Virus record (IMG/VR): IMGVR_UViG_3300023184_005208
Location: 2,675-66,674 of that record
Strand: one strand, 5' to 3'
Source: a virus
DNA: 64,000 bases
Below are positions 38,816 through 47,315 of this stretch, in pieces. The notes below the pieces were generated by a model. That model searched no databases and was not told the DNA's origin. It worked only from the letters and a program-made list of their open reading frames with translations. Each line of letters opens with the position of its first letter. Position 1 is the stretch's first letter. Both the position numbers and the translations under genes were made by a program.

Positions 38816-40138
38816 TTATTTGGGTCTTGATATCCCCAAACTACCTAAGAAATCATCCAATCCTTCATCGTCATCTTCGTCATCGTTATCTTCGTCAGAA
38901 TCAATATTTTCTTCTTTATAATTTTCAAATTCATCCTTCATATTTATCGCTTCTTTCATGATTTCTTCAAATCTTGAAGTAGCTTTTTTTACTTTGGATT
39001 CATCTTCTGCGATGGCGTTTCCTACGATTTCCAAGAATTCTTGAGCTGGTATTTGGTATAACAAGATATGGAACCAGTTTATTAGACCTTTGTTTGATTC
39101 ATCAAACATTGAGTCTGGTAGAGCATGTCTAAGTTTTTCTACAATTTCAGGCCCTATTCTTAATTGCATTGGCTCGTTTGATAAAACATCAACTTGACCT
39201 TGTACTTTTTTACGCATTCCAGCGTCTTTTGGTAAACCGTGTCTACCTTTTGCTTCTTCGAATCCTTTAATTAATTCGTGACATAAGATAGGGAATATTA
39301 AACCTATTGCTGTTATTTTTGTATCTGGAGAATCACCTGTCTCTTCTTCACCTTCTCCACCTTCTTCACCCTCTTCTTCATCGGCATTACTTAATTTTAC
39401 TTTACCCGCAACACCTTGACCTGTTTGACTCATCATTTCAATCATTTGTTCCATCGTAAAATACATGAAATCATTGATTGCCATAATTCCTAAATAATCC
39501 CCATAAAGAGATGGGTCTATTTCATCTAATCTTGCCTTAACATCAGGTTTTTGAAAAAGATAATGTCCTTTTTTTGCTGCACCTTGAATGATAGCATTGA
39601 TAATATTTCTTTTATGTTTTTCTAACTCTAATTGTTCCTCGTCTGTTAAATCCTCAACATCAAATGATGGAATTTCAAGTTCTTCTTTTTCATCATCCTC
39701 TTCTTCTTCGTCATCATCTTTGTCAGGAGTATATCTAAAATCATCAGTTTGCGGTTGTTCTCCTAATTGGGCAACAATTTGAAATTGGCCTTCGGGTACT
39801 TCGGCTTCTTCTAATGAAGATTCTATAGCCAACTGCTCAAGTTCATCCTTATGAGCGGCCTCAATTGACATAATACTTCTAAGTTTGCCCATCATCTCAC
39901 TATAAATCATCCCTTGAACTTGTTGAGAACTAATATTTCTATTACCTACAACTTCTTTTAATTTATCAGCGACTTTACCAAATCTTTGACTTACTAATCT
40001 TTGTACGTCTGCAGGTCCTTTTTTCAAAGCAGGATTTTGAGCGTATAAATTCTCAGGACTAGCCAATTTTCTTTCTAAACTTGGGTCCATTCTTTCCCTT
40101 CTTCCACCGTAATCTATTTGTTCTTGTATTTTAGCCAT
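38816..40138 (-). CDS. hypothetical acidic protein
   Basis: 440-aa ORF; KRNIINAIIQGAAKKGH; ILCHELIKG. Confidence 0.7.
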   Translation of the reverse strand: MAKIQEQIDYGGRRERMDPSLERKLASPENLYAQNPALKKGPADVQRLVSQRFGKVADKLKEVVGNRNISSQQVQGMIYSEMMGKLRSIMSIEAAHKDELEQLAIESSLEEAEVPEGQFQIVAQLGEQPQTDDFRYTPDKDDDEEEEDDEKEELEIPSFDVEDLTDEEQLELEKHKRNIINAIIQGAAKKGHYLFQKPDVKARLDEIDPSLYGDYLGIMAINDFMYFTMEQMIEMMSQTGQGVAGKVKLSNADEEEGEEGGEGEEETGDSPDTKITAIGLIFPILCHELIKGFEEAKGRHGLPKDAGMRKKVQGQVDVLSNEPMQLRIGPEIVEKLRHALPDSMFDESNKGLINWFHILLYQIPAQEFLEIVGNAIAEDESKVKKATSRFEEIMKEAINMKDEFENYKEENIDSDEDNDDEDDDEGLDDFLGSLGISRPK

Positions 40139-40142
40139 TTCC

Positions 40143-41018
40143 TTATTTTTCTAATAATTTAATAATAACATCAATCACCTCTTCCTTTGCATCTTCAGGA
40201 GAAACTTTTTTAGCCTTTGGTGCTGGATTCTCATTTGGATTTGGATTTTTAAACGGACTTGGTGGTTTTTGTGGTTTTGTTCCAGGTTTTCCTGGTTTTG
40301 TTGTCGGCGATGTTTTTGGTTTTGACGGTGCCGTAGATGGAGATTGTTCACCAACTTCAGATTTAGTCTTTACCGATTTTGTTTTTCCCCAACCTTGTAA
40401 GTGTTTTGTTGCGAAGTTTTCACTTTCACTAAGGTATTTTACTAAATCACCTTTAGTAATTCTTGGTTGTAAATTTCTTTCTACGATATTCATAATTTGA
40501 GCTTCAAGAAACAAAGATACGGGATTTTTTCCTTCCGATAATTGTTTTTCTACAGCTTTCACACATCTTTGCCATTTTCTTGACTTTTTTGGTCCCACTT
40601 GAGAATGACAGATAGACCACGGGTTTGGTTTTTGTTTACTCTCAAACATACCCATACCATCATCTTCATTTCCAAATCCATCATCAGAACCAGGACCTAC
40701 TTGTTTTGGGTCTTGAGTTTCAGTATCTTTATTTGGGTCTACAGTTACTTCTTCCTCTTCACCTAATTCAGATTCATTTGGAGTTGCAACAACATCACCT
40801 GTTGGGGTTTTCTTTACATTATATCCTTTTGGTGCTGGAGGTAAATTTCCGCCCTCTTGTCCAACTTTATAACTTTTTTTAGAAGGCATTTCTTGAACTT
40901 GTTCTGATAAGAATAATTTTGTGTGTAGAACATTAATCTGAGATTCAGTTAATTTGGAAACAGTTTTAGCTGTCATTCCTTTATCAATAAGTTGAAGGGC
41001 TTTTTTACTAATTTTCAT
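40143..41018 (-). CDS. hypothetical protein with P/K-rich segment
   Basis: 291-aa ORF; NPWSIC..C module; many L-x-E sites. Confidence 0.7.
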   Translation of the reverse strand: MKISKKALQLIDKGMTAKTVSKLTESQINVLHTKLFLSEQVQEMPSKKSYKVGQEGGNLPPAPKGYNVKKTPTGDVVATPNESELGEEEEVTVDPNKDTETQDPKQVGPGSDDGFGNEDDGMGMFESKQKPNPWSICHSQVGPKKSRKWQRCVKAVEKQLSEGKNPVSLFLEAQIMNIVERNLQPRITKGDLVKYLSESENFATKHLQGWGKTKSVKTKSEVGEQSPSTAPSKPKTSPTTKPGKPGTKPQKPPSPFKNPNPNENPAPKAKKVSPEDAKEEVIDVIIKLLEK

Positions 41019-41403
41019 ATACTACTTTCTTTTCAAATTCTAATATCAAATCTCTTTCGTAGAGTTTGTCCTTTATTTTTTGTTCTTCTTCACCAAATCT
41101 AAAAACCAATCTTTTTTGACCTTCAGATTCTTCGGTTTCCCAGGCTAAAGCGACAACATCATCCATCGCATCTATCATACAAAAAAAATCGGAGTTCTGA
41201 ATCAAATCTAATTTTATATCAGTATTTCTCAGAACTCCTACCTTCTTAATATATTTCAATTCAGGAGGAGTTGGATAACCATTTGATGGCTTACTTTCCC
41301 AAAACTCTCCCCAAACATCCTTCTCATCAGAAAAAATAAACTCGTAAAGATTGTCTCCTTTATAATTTGGACCTAAACCGTTTACGTAGATTAAATAACT
41401 CAT
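41008..41403 (-). CDS. hypothetical phage protein
   Basis: 131-aa ORF overlapping neighbours. Confidence 0.7.
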   Translation of the reverse strand: MSYLIYVNGLGPNYKGDNLYEFIFSDEKDVWGEFWESKPSNGYPTPPELKYIKKVGVLRNTDIKLDLIQNSDFFCMIDAMDDVVALAWETEESEGQKRLVFRFGEEEQKIKDKLYERDLILEFEKKVVYEN

Positions 41404-42635
41404 AGTACGAATCCTTCAGGTGAAATCTTTTTTTGTTTACCTTTATTTTCGAACACCAAGTTTTTCTTATTTGTTATTCCAACAAAAGAATAATTGTAAT
41501 TTTCTTCTAAAAATTTCTTAGCCGCCAATTCTTGTTCAATAGTTTCAGTTAATTTAATAACCGATTCCATTTTCTTTTTAACGTCTGATTTAATTTTTAC
41601 TTCTTTTTGTGCCTTTCTTTCAGCAGATTCTTGAAGTTCTTGTTTTGTAACTTCAAAATATTTTGAAATAACTTTGTCAACTTTAGATTCTTTGAAAATA
41701 CTATCCATGATTGCTCCGTTACCAGGTTCCATTCCTGTCATGTCTTCACCACCTTCAACTGGAACGTCCATATCAGCTTGGATATCTTCAACTTCAGAAT
41801 CATCGGTCATATCTTCTCCACCTAAATCTTCAGTATCTTCTTCAAATTTAGATAAGATATCTTCTTTATCTTCCTCAGATAAATTTTTCAACTCTAAAGA
41901 CGATAAAACCATATTGATAACGTATTTGATATTTTCAGAAGTCATTCCTTCTTCATTATCCAATACTCTAATTTTTTGTGTTAATTTACCAGTTAATTTT
42001 TGAATTGTTTTGAAAGTAACTTTTTCTTCGTGACCTGCTCCCATTTCATCATTAACATCAACGTTTACGTCTTCGCCATCAACATCAGCATTCATATCAA
42101 CATTCATATCATCAACACCTGCTTCCATTCCCATCTCATCACCTGCTGGTGGAACATCGTCTCCAACCGGAGAAGGAGGAAGTTCTGGTGAAGGAACTGC
42201 TGGCGGTTCTGCTGGCGGTGCCGCAGGAACTTCAGCTTCAGGAGCTGGTGCCGGCTTTGGTAATTTTAATGTGAATTTTTTTTGTTCACCAAATAAAGAA
42301 GTTTCTTCTTCATGTTCGTTAACTCTATTAACTTCTTTAGTTAATAAATTTAATCTCTTAAGGGCTTGAGAATACGAAGAATAGTATTTTCTATTTTTCA
42401 TTGGCTCAATATAATCAACATCAGATTCATTGATATTTTTCTTAATGATGTACCCCATCTTTTCTTTAACGATTTGGTATTGATTACCATCTACAAGATT
42501 AATAGAATATTCTGAACGAGATGTCTCATTAATATTCGTAGGAATAACTTCGTTAAAACGAGCAATTTCCATCATTCTTTTTATCTTATCTTGACCTTGA
42601 AGTTTTTCACTTCCTATTGGTTTTAAGTCTGCCAT
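41400..42635 (-). CDS. hypothetical acidic head-associated protein
   Basis: 411-aa ORF with P-rich and D/E-rich linkers. Confidence 0.7.
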   Translation of the reverse strand: MADLKPIGSEKLQGQDKIKRMMEIARFNEVIPTNINETSRSEYSINLVDGNQYQIVKEKMGYIIKKNINESDVDYIEPMKNRKYYSSYSQALKRLNLLTKEVNRVNEHEEETSLFGEQKKFTLKLPKPAPAPEAEVPAAPPAEPPAVPSPELPPSPVGDDVPPAGDEMGMEAGVDDMNVDMNADVDGEDVNVDVNDEMGAGHEEKVTFKTIQKLTGKLTQKIRVLDNEEGMTSENIKYVINMVLSSLELKNLSEEDKEDILSKFEEDTEDLGGEDMTDDSEVEDIQADMDVPVEGGEDMTGMEPGNGAIMDSIFKESKVDKVISKYFEVTKQELQESAERKAQKEVKIKSDVKKKMESVIKLTETIEQELAAKKFLEENYNYSFVGITNKKNLVFENKGKQKKISPEGFVL

Positions 42636-42655
42636 ATTCTTAGTATTGATTTGTT

Positions 42656-43501
42656 TTAATTATTTAATCCGTATTGACCTCCAAGTGAGATTGCGTTTAA
42701 TTGAACTACCTGTACTGTCCCTCCATCACTTGTGTCTGAAACATATAATGCGTAAGGTACTGTTGAACCCGAAGGTAATGTTCCTCCACTGAATGAACCT
42801 AACATAGCCGCAGTATATTCATAAAGTTCGTTTACTGATATACCTGTATAGAATGGAGTTGGACTTGGTGTTGGTGTTTGAGTAGGAGTTGCCGCAGGTG
42901 TACCTGTTTGAGTTGGTGTTTGAGTTTTTGTGACAGTTGGTGTTGGAGTTACTCCTGCTGTTCCTGTTTGTGTTGTAGTTACGCTTGGTGTTGGTGTTTT
43001 TGTTGGTGTCACATTTGGTGTTCCTGTTTGTGTTGTAGTTACGCTTGGTGTTGGTGTATTAGTTGCTGTTTTAGTTACGCTTGGTGTGTTTGTTGTAGTT
43101 ACAGTTGGTGTGTTAGTTGGTGTTTTAGTTATTGTATTAGTTGGTGTCTGTGTCTGTGTTGCAGTATTTGTTGGTGTTTGAGTTGGAGTTGAAGTTTTAG
43201 TTGTTGTTACGCTTGGTGTTGGAGTTTTTGTTGGAGTTGTGGTAACTGTGGGTGTTGGAGTTACAACAGCCAAACAAGCAACACAATCTCCATAATTTGA
43301 AGACATGTAACTTACTAAATCAATCCCGTCAGCAATTTCCGCGGTATCTAAAATCTCATAACAACCTTCTGTGGTTGCTCCTGTAAATCTTAAAAAATAG
43401 TTTCCACCAACAACTGGTGAACTAACACTAGTATTGAAATCGACATTTATCGCTGGTCCGCCGCCAGTACAAGGTTGTATAAGATATGTTACTAAGGCCA
43501 T
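42656..43501 (-). CDS. Thr/Pro-rich mucin-like virion surface protein
   Basis: About 140 aa of TPT(P/K/N/Q)T repeats after a Cys-containing N-domain (CTG...C..C). Confidence 0.75.
   Translation of the reverse strand: MALVTYLIQPCTGGGPAINVDFNTSVSSPVVGGNYFLRFTGATTEGCYEILDTAEIADGIDLVSYMSSNYGDCVACLAVVTPTPTVTTTPTKTPTPSVTTTKTSTPTQTPTNTATQTQTPTNTITKTPTNTPTVTTTNTPSVTKTATNTPTPSVTTTQTGTPNVTPTKTPTPSVTTTQTGTAGVTPTPTVTKTQTPTQTGTPAATPTQTPTPSPTPFYTGISVNELYEYTAAMLGSFSGGTLPSGSTVPYALYVSDTSDGGTVQVVQLNAISLGGQYGLNN
42856..43262 (-). repeat. low-complexity tandem repeats encoding PT/TPT
   Basis: A ~39-nt segment (tgttcctgtttgtgttgtagttacgcttggtgttggtgt) repeats at a 60-nt period (~42959 and ~43019). Confidence 0.85.
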
Positions 43502-43536
43502 CTATTTTTTCTTTATAAATATATGATTATACCTAA

Positions 43537-44289
43537 TTATTTATGAATTTCCTGAATTTGTGTTTCTACAGATAACTCTTTATCCTTAATTTTGGTTTTT
43601 TCATCAAAAAGTTTTTCAATGTGTCCTGACCTTCTTAAAAATTTGAAGACCAAGTTCTCATAGGAAAACTCACCATCTTTATCCAATCCTGATTGTCTAT
43701 AATCTTTTAACTTATCTTTTAAGGATTTTAATTTTTCGGCATTACCTTCAGATTTCGCATCTTTAATTGTATCATCAATCTTATCTGTCCAATTCTTTAT
43801 CTTCTGAGTTAAAACAGACATGTCAATATTCTTGTGTGTTTTTGATGGTACATGAACCCACTCATCGTTCATAATAGAATATACACCGTCACTATGAGCC
43901 TCATCTTTAACACCCTGAGCATAAAGCTCAACATCATACCCATATATCTTTATATTATGTTTGTCGTTGAAAAGTTTCTTTTTTAAATCAAAAAGTTCTT
44001 TATAAAGTTCTTCTTGTTTTCCGTATCTTTCCATATCAACTATGACGTGTAAATCAAAGTCTGAATATTCAGACCAATTAAAGTTAGCTAATGACCCCAT
44101 TAGATAAATGTCTTCCACAAAAACGTCATCTCCCAAATCATCAATAAACACCTCAGCAATATGCATAAGAGCCTTTCTCACTTTTGGAACCATGGTCGTT
44201 TTTTTTGGGTCTTCGGAATTCTCCCAAACTTTTGGATTAAGAGTTTCTTTAACTGAAAAACTATCAAGTATTTTTTGGTACTTACTCAT
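43537..44289 (-). CDS. Pol-beta-superfamily nucleotidyltransferase
   Basis: LMGSLANFNWSEYSDFDLH (GS..DxD) and a third acidic residue in VELY. Confidence 0.8.
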   Translation of the reverse strand: MSKYQKILDSFSVKETLNPKVWENSEDPKKTTMVPKVRKALMHIAEVFIDDLGDDVFVEDIYLMGSLANFNWSEYSDFDLHVIVDMERYGKQEELYKELFDLKKKLFNDKHNIKIYGYDVELYAQGVKDEAHSDGVYSIMNDEWVHVPSKTHKNIDMSVLTQKIKNWTDKIDDTIKDAKSEGNAEKLKSLKDKLKDYRQSGLDKDGEFSYENLVFKFLRRSGHIEKLFDEKTKIKDKELSVETQIQEIHK

Positions 44290-44310
44290 TATCAATAAAT
44301 ACTACAATAC

Positions 44311-44553
44311 CTATAGTTTTTTGTATTGATACTTTTTTGCAATATCTGTTGTAAAATATTTTCCTTGTGATTCAGATAATCTGAATCTTGTGTAAATTTG
44401 GTGAGGCACATTTTCGTATTCGTATTTGGTTTTGTTGTTAAATTCAACTACCAATTTTTTTGTGTCAGTATTATATTCTGTTTTTGTAATATTAGAAGAT
44501 TTAACTTCATTAATAATCGTCGTTCCCGATATTATCTCTTTCGTTATTGCCAT
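44311..44553 (-). CDS. KTSC-domain protein
   Basis: VKSSNI....Y.....L.VEF.....YEY.NVP..IY..F..SES.GKYF...I. Confidence 0.88.
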   Translation of the reverse strand: MAITKEIISGTTIINEVKSSNITKTEYNTDTKKLVVEFNNKTKYEYENVPHQIYTRFRLSESQGKYFTTDIAKKYQYKKL

Positions 44554-44845
44554 TTTCTTTAAGTGGGGTTATTTCATCAATTTTATTTAATAACGGCTGA
44601 ATGTATTTAGTTAACTCACCATGGTGTATTTCAAAACCATAATCCTTAATTTGTTTAAATAAAGCATTTTTCTTGTTAATAAACTTTTCACGTAATGTCA
44701 TCATCTTAATCGTAGGTTGCATAACCCTCTCCAATTGTTCTTGACTAAATCCCTCCTCTTGTAAATGAGTTCTTAACTCAAGATAATTGTCTAAAAGTTC
44801 TCTCAAGGTTAAACTATTCTCCAAAAATTTTTCATATGGTTTCAT
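44510..44845 (-). CDS. hypothetical protein
   Basis: ATG at 44845 (MKPYEKFLE). Confidence 0.6.
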   Translation of the reverse strand: MKPYEKFLENSLTLRELLDNYLELRTHLQEEGFSQEQLERVMQPTIKMMTLREKFINKKNALFKQIKDYGFEIHHGELTKYIQPLLNKIDEITPLKENGNNERDNIGNDDY

Positions 44846-44855
44846 ATTTATAAAT

Positions 44856-45410
44856 ATGGAAGCAACACAAACATTTATCAATCATGGTATGATGGACCAT
44901 ACCAAAATATTAAAAATTATTGAAGACAATAATTTGGATTGGGATGAATACACTGCCAGACAAGAAATATTCGCCCCACACTATTACACTAAATCAATAC
45001 CAATTATTTTCAATAAAAATTTAAATTTTAATTTTTTTAAAATTGAGCCAACAAATCTTTATCCTTTATTTGAAAATGAAATTTTAGAAATTGAACATAT
45101 TATTAATAAAAGTACAAATGAAGATGGTAAAATAATAAGAGTATTACTTGTTAAATTACCATCAAAAAAATCAATTTTTCCTCATGTCGATGGAAGTAAA
45201 ACTTTATCTCTTTGTAGAAGAATACACATACCAATACAAACAAATGAAAATTGTTTCTTTATTGTTGGCGGTGATAAAAGAAATTTAAAATTGGGTGAAA
45301 TGTGGGAGATTAATAATGATAAACAAATGCATTCCGTTGATAATTTAGGAGAATCTGACAGAATTCATTTAATTGTTGATTGGGTTCAAGTATCTTTATT
45401 AGAATCATAA
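44856..45410 (+). CDS. aspartyl/asparaginyl beta-hydroxylase-like 2OG-Fe(II) oxygenase
   Basis: IFPHVD, RIHIPI.TN, GE.WEINN...HSV.N....RIHLIVD. Confidence 0.85.
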   Translation: MEATQTFINHGMMDHTKILKIIEDNNLDWDEYTARQEIFAPHYYTKSIPIIFNKNLNFNFFKIEPTNLYPLFENEILEIEHIINKSTNEDGKIIRVLLVKLPSKKSIFPHVDGSKTLSLCRRIHIPIQTNENCFFIVGGDKRNLKLGEMWEINNDKQMHSVDNLGESDRIHLIVDWVQVSLLES

Positions 45411-45424
45411 TATTATTCATTTTT

Positions 45425-46090
45425 ATGTTAGTCTGTTCAGAAAAAAAAATCATCACATTACTTCCACCCAAAACCGCATCTACTTCAATTCAGATGGCTA
45501 TGGGTAAAAGTGGAATTAGATTTGATTCGGGAATAAAAATTTTAGATTATCCAATTCATCATTTAAAATTATCCGAGTTATGTGAGTACCATGGTTTAAC
45601 TGATATTCAAGATTATACAATTTTACAATTTACAAAAAACCCATACTATCGATTTGTCTCATCTTATTTCCATTTAATGAGGCTTTCGCACAAAGTTTTA
45701 ACAAGTTTTGATAGTATGGAATTTAAAGAATTTACAAATCATTTAAATAAATCAAAACTATCGGACAATTTTATAAAAACATTTTTTGGCGATGATTCAG
45801 GATATTATGAAAATTTAAAATTTAAAAAAAATTGGTCTGGAGTTAGAATGTTTGAAGAACAGTTTAGTTGGAATGATTTGAATGCTAAAATCCACTATTT
45901 TAAAATAGAAGATGTATCAAATGACATGACACCAGTTTCTAAATTATTAGATTGTAATACAATTGTTTTACAAACATTTAATAAAAACCCAAAAGAGGTT
46001 GATTACAATTCTTTATTAGATGATGAGTGTATGGAAATAATTCATAATAATTTTGTGAATGATTTTGAAATTTTAAATTATGAACAATAA
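45425..46090 (+). CDS. sulfotransferase family 2-like protein
   Basis: PKTASTSI (5'-PSB) and KNPY.RFVSSY (3'-PB), DF..LNY. Confidence 0.8.
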   Translation: MLVCSEKKIITLLPPKTASTSIQMAMGKSGIRFDSGIKILDYPIHHLKLSELCEYHGLTDIQDYTILQFTKNPYYRFVSSYFHLMRLSHKVLTSFDSMEFKEFTNHLNKSKLSDNFIKTFFGDDSGYYENLKFKKNWSGVRMFEEQFSWNDLNAKIHYFKIEDVSNDMTPVSKLLDCNTIVLQTFNKNPKEVDYNSLLDDECMEIIHNNFVNDFEILNYEQ

Positions 46091-46700
46091 TTCTTGTAAT
46101 ATAACTCACATATCAGATACGCACGGCTATCATCAAAAAATTAAATTGGAAGGAGGAGATATTTTAGTCCATTCTGGAGATATTTTAGATTTTAAAGAAA
46201 AAATATCAATTGAAAAAACCGTTGAGTGGCTCAATAAAACACCATATGAATATAAAATACTTGTTTTAGGTAACCACGATGAAGAATTATTAAAATTTAA
46301 TCTACCTGATAAAATAATTCTTTTGAATAATGAACTAATCAATATTTTTAACATTAAATTTTATGGGTTATCTGCGACCTTACAAGAAATTACTAACAAA
46401 TATTTTGGTGAGTTGAATGAATTAGAAATAAAAAATGAGTTTAGAGATGAAAATTTTGACATTTTGATTACTCACGGACCTCCTAAAGGTATACTTGACT
46501 ATAAATTTAATAATAGTATTGGGTCGGTGAGTTTACTAAATTATGTAAAAAATCATAAACCAAAATACCATTTGTTTGGTCATGCTCATCATTTGAAGGG
46601 TACATATAATGATGGGTCAACTACGTTTTCAAATGCATCTATTGTTTACATGCTTGGAAAAGAAATAGTTAATGGGGTTCCATACAATTTCAAATTTTAA
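46080..46700 (+). CDS. metallophosphoesterase
   Basis: SDTHG, HSGD, GNHD, THGPP, FGHAH. Confidence 0.9.
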   Translation: MNNNSCNITHISDTHGYHQKIKLEGGDILVHSGDILDFKEKISIEKTVEWLNKTPYEYKILVLGNHDEELLKFNLPDKIILLNNELINIFNIKFYGLSATLQEITNKYFGELNELEIKNEFRDENFDILITHGPPKGILDYKFNNSIGSVSLLNYVKNHKPKYHLFGHAHHLKGTYNDGSTTFSNASIVYMLGKEIVNGVPYNFKF

Positions 46701-46726
46701 AAAACCCCCACATAAAGTGAGGGTTA
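46699..46726. terminator. probable terminator between convergent genes
   Basis: AACCCCCAC-ATAAA-GTGAGGGTT. Confidence 0.6.
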
Positions 46727-46730
46727 ATTT

Positions 46731-47117
46731 TTAAAGGAGACTTACTCTCTTTTTTTCTTGTTTTTTGAAGTTTGGAACAAATACGGTTAAAAGACCGTCT
46801 TCTATTGTTGCCTCTACTGAGTTAGGGTCGTAACCTTCACCAATATTAAATTTCTTAGATATTGTTTTGGTTCTTGATTCTCCCTCCATTTTATATGTTC
46901 TTTCTCCTTCAATGTGTAAAGTACCATTTTCCATTTCTACTTTTAAGTTTGATTTGTTAAATCCTGGTGCTTCAAAGAAAAGGTAAGCTCCGTCATTGGT
47001 GTAATCAATGTCGTATTTCTCGTCAGTATCTTTCACCGATGTTCTTTTATAATACTGATAAGTTGGTGTGTCCCCAAAGAACTTTTCAAATAATTCATTT
47101 GCGTTTCTGTAAATCAT
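46731..47117 (-). CDS. small heat-shock protein (Hsp20/alpha-crystallin)
   Basis: EAPGF.K..L.VE.E.G.L.IEGER...ATIEDGLLTV.VP. Confidence 0.9.
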   Translation of the reverse strand: MIYRNANELFEKFFGDTPTYQYYKRTSVKDTDEKYDIDYTNDGAYLFFEAPGFNKSNLKVEMENGTLHIEGERTYKMEGESRTKTISKKFNIGEGYDPNSVEATIEDGLLTVFVPNFKKQEKKRVSLL

Positions 47118-47161
47118 AATTCTTATTTTTTGTTTTAATTTATTTTATTACCTTTACATAA

Positions 47162-47176
47162 TCAAGTTATGTGCCA
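47162..47176 (-). promoter_or_regulatory. putative sigma54 (-24/-12) promoter of hsp20
   Basis: Minus strand TGGCAC-ATAAC-TTGA, ~45 nt upstream of the ATG. Confidence 0.55.
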
Positions 47177-47267
47177 CCACAAATATACTGAAATTTTTTC
47201 AGTCCTCCAAATACAAATACGACAATATGTCAGTTAAAAAAATAATTAATGACAATTTGACAATATA

Positions 47268-47299
47268 TTTGGCAGTGTATAAAATTTGATACATCTTTG
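47268..47299 (+). promoter_or_regulatory. Bacteroidota-type promoter of clp gene
   Basis: TTTG-N20-CATCTTTG (one mismatch to TAnnTTTG). Confidence 0.55.
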
Positions 47300-47315
47300 T
47301 AAAAATTAATAACCT

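Noticed and set aside
31909-42191. Ser-rich plus-strand ORFs (31913, 35254, 39588, 41674 and similar)
   Set aside because: Antisense shadows of acidic minus-strand head genes
42878-43192. Cys/Trp-rich and Val/Gly-rich plus-strand ORFs
   Set aside because: Antisense shadows of the Thr/Pro repeat gene
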